A DNA stretch of 63,957 bases, the filler included, from Perkinsus chesapeaki ATCC PRA-425 (lineage: Eukaryota > Protista > Perkinsozoa), in NCBI GenBank assembly GCA_013115145.1. It is 9 parts of 9 records of this genome, joined end to end, with 100 filler letters (N's around TTAATTAATTAA, not from the genome) between each part and the next. Parts side by side here need not be neighbours in the genome. Positions count along the whole stretch, not along the records: positions 29,566 to 39,694 come from JAAPAO010000903.1; positions 39,795 to 47,814 come from JAAPAO010000998.1; 7 more parts are not named here. The stretch is one strand, 5' to 3'. The notes under the pieces are model-generated. The model did no database searches. It was not told the origin of the DNA and saw only the letters and a program-made list of their open reading frames with translations. Shown here piece after piece: positions 33,001 through 44,499 of this stretch. Within the stretch, counting starts at the first letter, position 1. The number at the start of each line of letters is the position of its first letter. The position numbers were made by a program, and so were the translations under genes.

Positions 33001-36000
33001 TGCTGCTGCTGCTCTTCATTGTTGTATGATAACAACTTGTCTGGAGTGACTGTGTAGCATATGGGGATTCGTATGCCACTTTAGTTCTTAACACTGTATC
33101 TATGTCAATACTAGCTCACGAGAACGCACCACAGTTACTGCCAAACATACTATTAGGAGGCTACTAATCATTCGCTTTATTGCGCCATTTTAAATTTTAC
33201 CTACCTCTGCCATCATGGAGGGTGTCATACCCGCTCACCACTGGCGACTTGGTCGTAATATGTGACGCTCGTTTGGTAATTCTTTATCGTATTCATTTCT
33301 GTCAGGAGCTACCATTGAATCATAACACTGGAACAGCTGATATCGGTGCATTGGAAGATGTTCTTAAGGAAGTAAGCGGAGCGAAGCGATTCATGTTTCA
33401 CATTTTTGTTTCGTAGATCGCTCATTTCAACGAGAGTACAGCCACGGATACTACAGCGGTTCCAATTGTAGTTCTGTCAGCTTGCAGTAACGTAACTGGG
33501 GCCATGCTGGATGTAAGCGGACAGCTAGAGGTGTCAGAAAATAGCAGGGGCGCTTTGTCAGATACCTACGGTGTCTACACTCATTCATTCTTATCATGGG
33601 TTGGCTTGCTGGGACTTGGCAGCAGCAAGCAGTAAAATAAAGGCAAGTTGACGGGCGGAGCGGAGCGTTTCATGAACACCGTTTTCAGGTTGACATGAAT
33701 CCTGTATCACACCCACAAGGATATATAGACTTTGCCTTTGTGTCACCACATAAGCTCCTCGGTGGTCCCGGCAGTAGTGGGATACTTTTGTGCAAGAAAC
33801 GTCATCAAACGAACGCTATACCGGCGGTTTGTGGCGGAGGAGTGGTCTTCTATGTCAGCCCAGTGTCACATAGTTATATACAAAATCATGAAGAAAGGGA
33901 AGAAGCAGGTGGGGGTTAGTTCACTTGGGATGAAACGGTTTATGATAGCTCGGAACAATTTATGGGAATGAATTTTTTGTGTGTAATCATGGTTGTTTAT
34001 AGTTAGTCCTTAAAAGACAGTAGAATTGCAAGTGATTAAATTATGTGTTGCTCGAGTGTGGCCTATGAGGTAGTGCCATAGGATTTAGGAGCATCTTTCA
34101 AACTTTGAGATTAAAAGCGTGCGCCGATTGTGCATGCTGACGCACTACACAGATAAATCTATGACGATCTGATAAAGGTCATTTTTAGTGATGCTAAATA
34201 CGCGTTTATTGTTTAAGGACTCCCATACCACACTTTGCACAATTAACCGAACTTTGTTGTAAGGTACTCCGGATATCCTCGGATGCATCAGAGCTGGAGC
34301 TGTTTACCATCTCCATAGTATGTTGGATCATGATATGATTGCTGAGAATGAGAGAAGGATGGCTACACAGTTGGTGGAGAGGTTATCAAAATGCAGCAAG
34401 ATTCATATACTCGGGCCAAAGGTGGGGATGAGGTTCCATCGCTGTTGCTATTGGCGTGTTTGGATCGGCTGGGTTAGGATCGATCGCTGGCGAGAAAGCT
34501 AATCATTGTTGAAATGTCCGCTCCATCCGCAAGTGTGAATGTGGTCATCTATCCGTACTTGAATGCGTAGAATGAAAATAGGCGATAGTACACGCTTGGT
34601 TGTAGAAGTATACGATGCCAAAGCAATATTGTGTGTTCGGCACGGTTGTTAGATATTATTTCCCTTTATAAATTAAGAAGTTACTTATATATTATTGACC
34701 TTCATTTCAGGACAGGAGTCACTGCGCCAGTATAGTGTCATTCAACATCCTCTATAATGAAGATGATACCACGAAGAAAGGACTGTAAGCAGTTGCAAAG
34801 GGCTTCCGACTTGGGGTTCCGGCGATACTTATGCCATTCGAGCCGGAGAATTACACTGCCACTTAAAGTTGGTGGAATTATCATCCAAGTAGCAAATGTT
34901 CTGATATATGACGTATAGGGCAAATGCCACTGCAAGCGATTATTTCCCTTTAACATTGGGAGCTAAATGAAGTTATTAAATAGGGAAAGAAATTTCTGGA
35001 TTTTCTCGCGTCATAACTCACTCTCAAGAATCGTCTTGCAAGTATCTGTGAGCTGCTTTCTCCAATGGTTGCATAATAAAATAATCATCATCATTCAGAT
35101 ACCTTCATTACAACTTCGTTGGTGCCCTGTTAAACGATGTCTTCGGTGTTCAAAGCAGAGGAGGTTGCGCGTGTGCCGGACCGTATGCCCACAGCCTTCT
35201 TGGAATCAATAATGACATGGCTGTCAGATTCGAGAACGCTCTAAGTAAGAAGCTGACAGCTTTACTGAAATGCGTTTAAAGGCATTTTATACATTTGGAG
35301 TGTGTCTGGAACTCGCTGTTATTATAAGTAAACTGAGCATCTCTCGATCCGTGCATCGTCATCTCCCACGTATAAGCTCCGTAGTACCGAATCAACGCAG
35401 CACTTTTGATACTGTCTGAAGTAAACTAGCTTGAGCTTACGAGATGCTGCGTGTTCAACGAGAAAAGCGGCGGCGCTGACCATAAAATAACAGAATGCAT
35501 GACGCGTGAAGTGTTGCTACTTTCCTATTGCTATTAGGAACCAGCGGATGTGAACTTATTCGTCCTGGCTTTGTAAGAGTTGGTGTACACTATTCGATGA
35601 CACAAGAGGAACTTGACGTCCTGGCCGGTAAGGAGGGATTAGAGAGCCTTGCATGTTTGGAAGTGCTCAGGTTCGATATTGTGGGTTGCCGAGAACGGCT
35701 GGAAGTTGCTTGGAGCGTACACCTTCAGCACGTCGACTGGTGAATGGCATCATCAGTTGGATAGGAGAGATAGAACGAGAAAGTGAGGGCGCTGGATGAT
35801 CTGTGGGGAAAAAATCATGGAAAAATGAGTGTAGCTGAAATAACTCGAGTTCTTGGGGTCTTCTTTCTAACCTTAATCGCGAGGCTCCTAGAGTAATGGT
35901 CATTCAACAAGCCCGAATGAGCTAGGTTTCGTACGTAACCACCTGCGCGAGTGTATGACGGTTTTGAAACCGTCTTGAAACAGTCAATTGCGCTTCTCTT

Positions 36001-38393
36001 TAGGTGGTTGTCAAGCGAACTCGGTTGGTCTCGAGTGTTGGGCAGCAGCAATGACATCGATATTGGCACCCCATCTGTTGAAGGAAATACCGATGATATC
36101 GATAGTCTTATTAAGAAAGCCGATCATATTGTAGAGGAAGCATATTCAGCGGGACAGGTGAGACTTTCCGAGGTGGTTAGAAGCATCTTACCTCCTGACG
36201 AGTCGGAGAATTACGCATGACTACTTGTCTATATGATTGGTCTGGTATGAAAGCATTAATTTCTGTGTCATCATTAGTATTCTTTCTTGCATGTATATGA
36301 CTAATATGTGGTTGCTATATCTTCTTGATGATACGCCAGATCAATTCCCATCCACTCTGTGCCCACTTTTGACTAGTTCACATGCCGTAGGTCTCATGTC
36401 GGATGCAGCGCAATCTTTAATATTAAGCACAGTAATTTCCGGAAGCGTCCCATGTGATGGACGCTAACTCCGCGCCCGACGTCGCCATTTGTTACTAGCG
36501 TAACACAAGAATTGAACTTGAGCCAAGATGGCTACATTAATCTCTCCTCTCTACTTCATGACTAAGTCTCGAGCGCTGCACGTGTGCAACGCGCTCTAAG
36601 ACCGAAATGTCATACTCGCCCAAGGGATCGATAATGTGAAGATCTCTCACACCATCGTCCACTATACGATGGTTAGCTATTTCCGGGCAGTATCGCGGGG
36701 GCTGTAGGCCAGAAAAAGAAGGCTCGATGAAATTTTTGTGTTGTTTCGTCGATGCTGTTGCTCAGGTTCCCTTCTCCGCCGTGAAGTGTCCGCTCCTTGA
36801 TTCCGATTTAGCGGACTTGGTATGGTTTGCTTTACCGACCGACTGCAAGTGGTCTTTGGAGGGTGCGACCTCTTCCTCACCAGTTCCTAAAATCTGTACT
36901 GATCCCACTGTTCCTTTATTCAAGCCCAGTAAGGGTGATGATACCATGGTGAAGAGGTAAGCGACATACCCTATACCGGCTTTGTGATTAGCTTCGGTAA
37001 CGCAGGACTAACTGCATTCTGCAACGGCGTTAACTGTGCGTTCCGAATTTTAATAGATTTTATGGTGTCATCAGCATTTTCACTGCGCAGTTGCCTTCCC
37101 GCTATTGAAAATATGGGCTACCAGCAACCGACGATAACGTTGTGTCGTCCTCATAGGAATAGTTTGTTAGCTCACAACTTTTCGTGAATATCATATTAAA
37201 AAATCGCCGTAAATTGCACCCCGCCTTTCAGAGCTACTGAGAGCATATTCAATGCATCTATTTGGTCAATGAGCGAAGAGGAGCGGAAATCCATTATGGA
37301 TTCACACAAGGCTGGGAATGGCGGACAAGAACGGTGGTCTAAAAAACGTGAAGTAAGTCTGCTGTATTCGCTCAGTTATTCATGGTCAGGATCATCGTTC
37401 ATGTTCTGTTCGCTTAAAAGTTGTTTTTCTCAGGCATCGACTGAGCTTGTCGCCCCCCACGTTAAGCTTCATCCAAGCGGGTTCCCACAAGTCTCCATCA
37501 CCCCCGTGGTGTCCAAGAAGCTTCGCTTACTCATCGGAACTGCTGTACGTGATTTCCAAATGATCAACGAGGGAGATAAGATCCTTGTCGGTCTGTCTGG
37601 TGGCAAAGACAGCCTTACAATGCTCCACCTTTTGCTGGCGTTAAAAAAGCGTTCTCCAGTGAAGTTTAAGATCGGAGCTGCTACCGTTGATCCTCAAACG
37701 CCGGAGTACAATCCAGAACCTCTGAAGAGGTATATGGAGGCTTTGGGTGTGGAGTATCACTTCTTATCGAAGCCTTTGATTGAGATGGCGAAGAACTCCC
37801 TTGACCCTAAAAAGCCTAGTTTATGCAGCTTCTGTGCTAGAATGAAGCGTGGTATGCTTTATTCGTGTATGAGGGAGTTTGGCTATACTTCACTGGCACT
37901 CGGGCAGCACTTGGATGACCTCGCTGAAAGCTTTGTGATGAGCGCCTTCCACAACGGCACCTTACGAACAATGAAAGCAAATTACTATGTGCAGCAGGGT
38001 GACTTGAGAGTTATTCGACCACTGGTTTACTGTAGAGAAAAGCAACTCGCTGAATTCGCTGCTGAGAACCGATTGCCTGTTATTTCTGATAACTGCCCGG
38101 CGTGCTTTGCCGCACCGAAGGAGAGACATAGAATTAAAGTCCTTCTCAGCGAGCAGGAGTTCGACTATCCTAGGCTGTTTAATAGCTTGTTGAGTACGAT
38201 GAAACCGCTGATGGCTATTAAAAACGCTGGAAAAGCAAGCGATATCGCCAAGGGGAAGATCGCGGCTGATGAGATAAAGTTGGTGAAATGCAATACTTCA
38301 GATGAAGACACCGACCAGGCTGCCGAGGAATGCATGATGTCGTGCAATGTGGAGGGAGCGTGCTGCGCTATGCCATCGAAAACGACCAAGTGA
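30064..38393 (+). CDS. ttcA: Fusion gene: class V PLP cysteine-desulfurase-like domain (with inserted C2H2 finger) plus TtcA-type PP-loop tRNA thiotransferase; many exons; 5' start uncertain
   Basis: Exons give YADYTASGR, YGNTH, VIFCGAGATGA, CTLC...H...H, DPVNHHSSTLPFRE, SACSNVTG, VSPHKLLGGPG, SRGGCACAGPY, RPGFVR, LVWFALP, then in frame (GT-AG 36958-37231) SGGKDS, CSFCARMKRG, GQHLDD, IRPL, CPAC. Confidence 0.88.
36517..36538 (-). other. Spliced-leader relic (AATGTAGCCATCTTGGCTCAAG) heading a degraded retrocopy inside an intron
   Basis: Last 19 nt identical to the Perkinsus 22-nt SL (ACCGTAGCCATCTTGGCTCAAG); followed by TTCAA (no GT donor), a 28-nt UTR and ATG at 36488. Confidence 0.85.
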
Positions 38394-38598
38394 CTTAGAC
38401 TTTTACCACTACTGTTAATAGTTACTGATCATAACGTATTATTGTATCTATTGTGTTGTCAAGAAGTATCGAAAACAAGTTTCCCAGGGTCACTAGGCAG
38501 ACAGGCCCGAACACGATTGCGATGAAAAAAGTCAAGGAAAGACGTTCGCGAAGTTTGGTCGTCCTGGTTTTCGCGCAGAGAGCCAGTGAGGCGGTGTA

Positions 38599-38889
38599 GT
38601 GTCATTTTCTAGCAATCCACGGTTCATGCGAAAGTTTAATTTGGAATCGAATAAGGAGGCACTAATATGGATTATAATAAAAGATGCATGTTTGCTTCAG
38701 TACCGTAGGATTTCAGAGTTGGAACACGCACTGTCGGCAACTGAACTGGAAGTGTCGGTGCTTCTTGGCGATAAAGGGCAACTCAAGAACGACCTGGAAG
38801 AATGTCGCGAACGAGTTAAGGAATTGGTAAGGCTGGTGAGGATCGTCGAGCATTATGAATTGTTCGGTTCAGGAAGAGAAATTGAATAA
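38599..38889 (+). CDS. Hypothetical coiled-coil fragment
   Basis: RRISELEHALSATELEVSVLLGDKGQLKNDLEECRERVKEL heptad pattern. Confidence 0.25.
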   Translation: MSFSSNPRFMRKFNLESNKEALIWIIIKDACLLQYRRISELEHALSATELEVSVLLGDKGQLKNDLEECRERVKELVRLVRIVEHYELFGSGREIE

Positions 38890-39052
38890 AGTCAACTCCA
38901 ACCCCAGTGGCAAACCTCCCACAGCAAGCTCCGAGACCGAACATGTATTATACATCGTTTATAATTAACTATGACTGTCTACATTTCTAGTCAAAGCTCC
39001 GTTGCAGGTTGACAGTGGCAGCTCAAAAAAATTCACCATTCCGGAGTTCTTC

Positions 39053-39352
39053 TCTGAGGAAGCGTGTTCCACTCCGGAACCGGCTAGGAAGGCACGTATA
39101 GCCGCGGCTGGTTCGGAAGAAGCGTGTTCCACTCCGGAACCGGCCAAGAAGGCACGTAAAGCTGCGGCTGGTTCTGAAGAAGCGTGTACCACTCCGAAAC
39201 CGGCTAAGAAGGCACGTAAAGCTGCGGCTGGTTCTGAAGAAGCGTGTACCACTCCGAAACCGGCTAAGAAGGCACGTAAAGCTGCGGCCGGTTCTGAAGA
39301 AGCGTGTACCACTCCGAATCCGGCTAAGAAGCCACGTAAAGCTGCGGCCGAT
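39053..39352 (+). repeat. 60-nt coding-type tandem repeat x5 (SEEACTTPKPAKKARKAAAG)
   Basis: Five consecutive 60-nt units in ORF 39002-39508. Confidence 0.95.
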
Positions 39353-39394
39353 TCCTCGAAACGGCCTCGGTCGACCAGGCCAATAGAGGTAACG

Positions 39395-39694
39395 ACCCTA
39401 CCCGGAACAGAAGCACTTAGTCGACGTTGTAACCCAGTGTTGCCACGACGCTCATCAGGGTGCAATCACCGCCTGTCGCAACTGTTTACCCGGTGTTCGG
39501 AATGGTAATAGTACCTTAGTAGACTTTATTATTCGACTGATTTCCATTTATTTTAGTGCGCTGTTATTTTCACCTGGTGAAGAACATGAAAGACGACAAG
39601 AAAAAGTTCGGAGACGCAGATTGTTGGTCCCCTCCCTTTCCAGACCCACTACTAGATGAAACACGACGCTGGGATGGCATGAGGTATACGAGTA
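39395..39694 (+). mobile_element. MULE/Mutator-like transposase fragment with an intron
   Basis: PYPEQKHLVDVVTQCCHDAHQGAITACRNCLPGVRN + GT-AG intron (about 39506-39555) + VRCYFHLVKN (D...CxxH signature). Confidence 0.6.
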
Positions 39695-39794
39695 NNNNNN
39701 NNNNNNNNNNNNNNNNNNNNNNNNNNNNNNNNNNNNNNTTAATTAATTAANNNNNNNNNNNNNNNNNNNNNNNNNNNNNNNNNNNNNNNNNNNN
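39695..39794. other. Artificial contig linker
   Basis: Same 100-nt N/TTAATTAATTAA/N block. Confidence 0.98.

Positions 39795-39867
<73 letters not shown>
39795..39867 (+). repeat. (TAG)n microsatellite
   Basis: About 24 units. Confidence 0.97.
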
Positions 39868-39877
39868 TTATTATTAG

Positions 39878-41465
39878 ATGTGGTTATTATGGGATGAATA
39901 TGAGACACTATGTCGAAATGATGGTTTAATAGAAGGCCTTACTGATAGTAAAGTTAGAGTTGCTAAAGTTGGAATAAATAATAAGAATAACAATACGAAT
40001 AATAATAATAATAATAATACTAATACTACTAATATATCTAGTAATAATACTAATACGTATGTACCTTTGGATGATCCAGAAAAGGAAGCTAAACGGAAGA
40101 AAAGGAGGGATTATAGGGAAAGAAAGAAATTAAAACAACAAGTAATAATAAGATATTATTATTATTGAATAATAATAATTATATAAAGAATGATGGTAGT
40201 AGGCTGGTTTATGGAAAAGTAGAGTTAAAGATGATAATAATCCTAATATATATATAAGTGGTTTACCAAATGATTGTACTGTTAATGAATTATATGATTT
40301 ATTTAAATTAGCTGGTATTATTAAAACCGATCTTGAAAGTGGTAAATATAAAATTAAAATATATGGTGTAGATGAAGGTAGACCTAGAGGTGATGCATTA
40401 ATAACATATCAATCAATAGAGTCAGTACCTATAGCAATTGATAGATATGATGAATATGAAATAAGAAAAGATTGCCGGTACTAATAATAATAACATAAAG
40501 TAGAAGTATATTGTTATTATTAGAATACATGTAGCTAAAGCATCATTTGATATCCATGGTCATGATAATAATAATAATGATAATAACGATGATAATACCA
40601 CTTTGGCTGATAAATTAGATATTAATACATTAAAAATAATGGCTAATAGGAATAGTAAAAGGAGAAGTAAATTATTAGAATTACGTAAAAAAGAGTTAGA
40701 ATCAGCAACTAGTTGGGAAGATGATCTTGCTGGTAGAGATAGAGCTTGGAAGCCTATTATTGTTCTTAAAGGTAGTAGTAATATTATTAATACTACTACT
40801 AATACTATATAGTATTAAGGTATGTATAATGAAGAAGAAGCAAATAGTGATAATGCAGATGAAATATATGCAACTATAAAACAGGATATACAAGAAGGTA
40901 ATAATACATTAATAATAATCATCATCATCATCTTGTTTCTTCTTCTTGTTGTTGTTATTGTTATTGATGTCAGAAATATCTAGATTTGGTTATGAATATA
41001 AAAAAATAGTTATTATCGAGAATTCTTTGGATGGTTATGTTTGTATAAGATTTAAAAATATGGATCAAGCACAAAACTTTGCAACACATTTATCATCAAA
41101 TAATTTAACATTATCTGGTAGTAGTAATAATAATAATATCAATAGTATCAATGATGTTTTCAATAATAGTATTAATAGGTGGACAACATCGTAAAGCAAA
41201 TGATATGTTCTTTTATGATGGTAGAGATCTTAAATCCCGTCCAATTATACCAGCTCCAACACCATCAACAAGTAGTGTTATTGATAGTAGTATAGAAGGA
41301 GATGATAGTAGACGACAAGATATTATAAATAATAAGAATAATGATATTGATGATGATGATATTGATGAGATAAGGAAAGAATCATGGGAACAGTTTTTAG
41401 GTGTAAATGATAATAGTGATTCAAGTGATGATGATGAATTTATTATACATAAAGAAGGGGAATAA
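39878..41465 (+). CDS. HTATSF1: HIV Tat-SF1/Cus2-like splicing factor (RRM + UHM), multi-exon, 5'-partial
   Basis: IYISGLPNDCTVNELYDLFKLAGIIKTDLESGKYKIKIY...GRPRGDALITY..ESV..AI; second domain IVLKGMY...QEEISRFG...DGYVCIRF...FYDG. Confidence 0.8.
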
Positions 41466-41729
41466 AGAAATACTATTCCTGTTAAGAATAAGTCACATTA
41501 TTATTATTATTACTTAACTACTTTATACTTCTTCTTAAAAGTATCTTGCGTTTTTCTTCCATAAGTAGTACCCTTGTCTATTTTGTGTTATTATTGTCTA
41601 CTTTCCCATTCCTACGCTTCTTCTGGCTAGCTATTATTATTAATATATTTCCTATTATATTTCTTATTATATTTATTATTATAGTTCCTCCTCCTTCTCC
41701 TCCTTTTACTTTCTTCCATATTTTCCCCT

Positions 41730-44242
41730 ATGACAACAGCAAGAATAAATGCAATATCAAGTATGGTTGATAGATGTGTTGATACATCATATAAAGATAT
41801 TGATGATGATAGTGCAGTGTCTTTATTTGGCAAACATGTATTCTCAACACGTGTTATGCAATCTAGATTACCAATGAATGTTTATAATCATATATTATCA
41901 TGTATTAAAACACGTAATAATTACTTATTATTATTACTACTAGTAATAATAGTAATTATTATATTTTATTATTTTTATAGGTTCTATGATAGATCCTGAT
42001 GTTGCTGATGTTGTTGCTACGGCTATGAAAGAATGGGCATTAGAAAATGGTGCTACTCATTATACACATGTATTTTATCCTTATACTGGTTCAACTGCTG
42101 AGAAGCATGATAGTTTTATTGAACCAAGGGGTGATGGTACAGCATTTACTAAATTTGATGGTAAAGCATTAATGCAAGGTGAACCAGATGCAAGTTCATT
42201 TCCTCATGGTGGTATAAGAGATACTTATGAAGCTAGAGGTTATACAGCTTGGGATGTTACATCACCAGCATATTTAATGGATAAAGGTGATTGTCTAACA
42301 TTATGTATACCAACTGCATTTGTATCTTATAATGGTGAAGCTATTGATCTTAAAACACCATTACTAAGATCAATGGATGCAGTATCAATAGCTAGTAAAA
42401 GATTGGTATCACATTTTGTTAATGATGATGAATATATTGATGAAGTTATCAGTTATGTTGGTCCAGAACAAGAATACTTCTTAGTTGATAAGAAGTTGGC
42501 TGTTCTTAGACCTGATCTTATTACTTGTGGTAGAACTTTATTTGGTACTAAACCATCTAAAACACAACAATTTGATGATCATTATTTTGCTGCTATACCA
42601 GATAGAGTATTAAAGTTTATGTCTGAAACTGAAATGAGATTATATCGTTTGGGTGTACCAATTAAATGTCGACATAATGAAGTAGCTCCTGGCCAATTTG
42701 AATTGGTACCATTATATGAATCGGCTAATATAGCATCCGATCATCAACATTTGGTAATGCAGATATTGAGGAATACTGCTAGTAAACATGGTTTCAAATG
42801 TTTATTACATGAGAAACCATTTATTGGTGTTAATGGATCTGGTAAACATATCAATTGGAGTATTGGCAATACAACTCAAGGTAATAATAATAATACCCAC
42901 CATCATCACTTGTGTATTATTCCCTATTATTAGGTAATTTCTTCAACCCAACTGAGAATCCATCATCTAATCCAATGTTCCTCATGTTTGTATCTGCTGT
43001 TATAAGAGCTGTTGATATACATGCTGGTCTATTAAGAGGTTGTGTAGCATCAGCTTCTAATGATTGTAGATTAGGTGGTGAAGAGGCACCTCCAGCTATA
43101 ATATCTATTTATCTTGGTGATCAATTAAATGATGTATTTGATCAAATAAAGCATTGTGTACCAGCTCATGAACGAAATGGTTCTGGTGATTTTTCATTAG
43201 AAACAAGAGTAATAATAATTAATATTATTAATACCTAGATTATTATTATCATGTTGTTTGTTCATCAGGTAAGACGCAGTTCATTATCATTGGGTGCAAG
43301 TACATTACCCGATATAACTAAAGATGCTGGTGATCGTAATCGTACAAGTCCTTTTGCTTTTACTGGTAATCGTTTTGAATTTCGTGCTGTTGGTTCTGAA
43401 CAATCACTTGCACCTGCTACTATTGTATTAAATACAATTATGGCTGAAAGTTTAGAAGTATTAACTGATATGCTTGAAGAAAGACTTAATCATGGTGTTG
43501 CATTAGAATATGCTGTTAAAGCTGTTATACGTGATAATTACCGTGAACATGGCAGAATAGTATTTAATGGTGATGGTTATTCTCAAGCATGGAGAGATGA
43601 GGCTAAGAGACGTGGTCTTAAAGATCTTAAACAAGCACCAGAAGCAATAGCTGAATATGGTGCTCCTGAATCAGTTGAACTATTCGAAAAATGTAATGTA
43701 CTTAGTAAAAGTGAACTTATGGCTCAAGAAGAGGTATTCTTGGATAAATATACTAAAAAGGTTGGAGTTGAGGTGAACTGTGCTTTAAAGATGGTTCATG
43801 GTATGATATTACCAGTATGTAGAAGATATCAATCACAATTAGCTAGAGATATGGTTAATATGAAAGAAGCACTTGGTGAAGATGCTGCTTCTACTGTTAA
43901 AGATGATTTATTATATTTAACCAAGATGATTGATGATATGTGTGATAAAATGAGATATCTTGAAAAAGAAAGAGATGAATTAGAAAATATGGAGCAACAA
44001 GAAGAACATGGTGGTCATGATGATCATGATGATGATATTGATAATGAAATGAATCGTGCTAAGTAAGTTGCTTGTATTATTATATTTAATATATATTATT
44101 TAATTTATTATTCAGGTTTGCTGCTAAACATTTAGTCCCATCATTAAATGCATTACGTGAACCAGTTGATAAATTAGAAGGTATCGTATCAAATGATATG
44201 TGGCCACTTCCAACTTATCAAGAATTACTTCATATGAAGTAA
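41730..44242 (+). CDS. glnN: Glutamine synthetase type III, 5 exons
   Basis: [27 protein letters not shown]; [22 protein letters not shown]; GPEQEYF; [10 protein letters not shown]; [16 protein letters not shown]; [11 protein letters not shown]; [22 protein letters not shown]; WPLPTY; stop at 44240-44242. Confidence 0.96.
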
Positions 44243-44499
44243 TAGTAAAATGCTTTCCTGCTACATGACTGGATAACATAACTCTATACATGCTATTATC
44301 ATAATGGTTATTATTATCCTCGTCGTCGTTGTCGTTACCCTTGTTATGGTATGTAACTATAGCTACTACTTTGGTATTATTACTAGTCTTCGGTATATTA
44401 TACCGAGTAACAACAACAACAAGTTGATTTTTCTTACTGATGTTGTTGTAAATAGTATTCGGTAACTTATTATCAGCATCATCATCATCATATTTAAAT

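Noticed and set aside
36517-36538. Functional SL RNA gene
   Set aside because: No GT donor or SL intron after the exon, and the 5' three bases are altered; fits a relic
39053-39352. 60-nt repeat as a CRISPR-like array
   Set aside because: No unique spacers; an in-frame coding repeat
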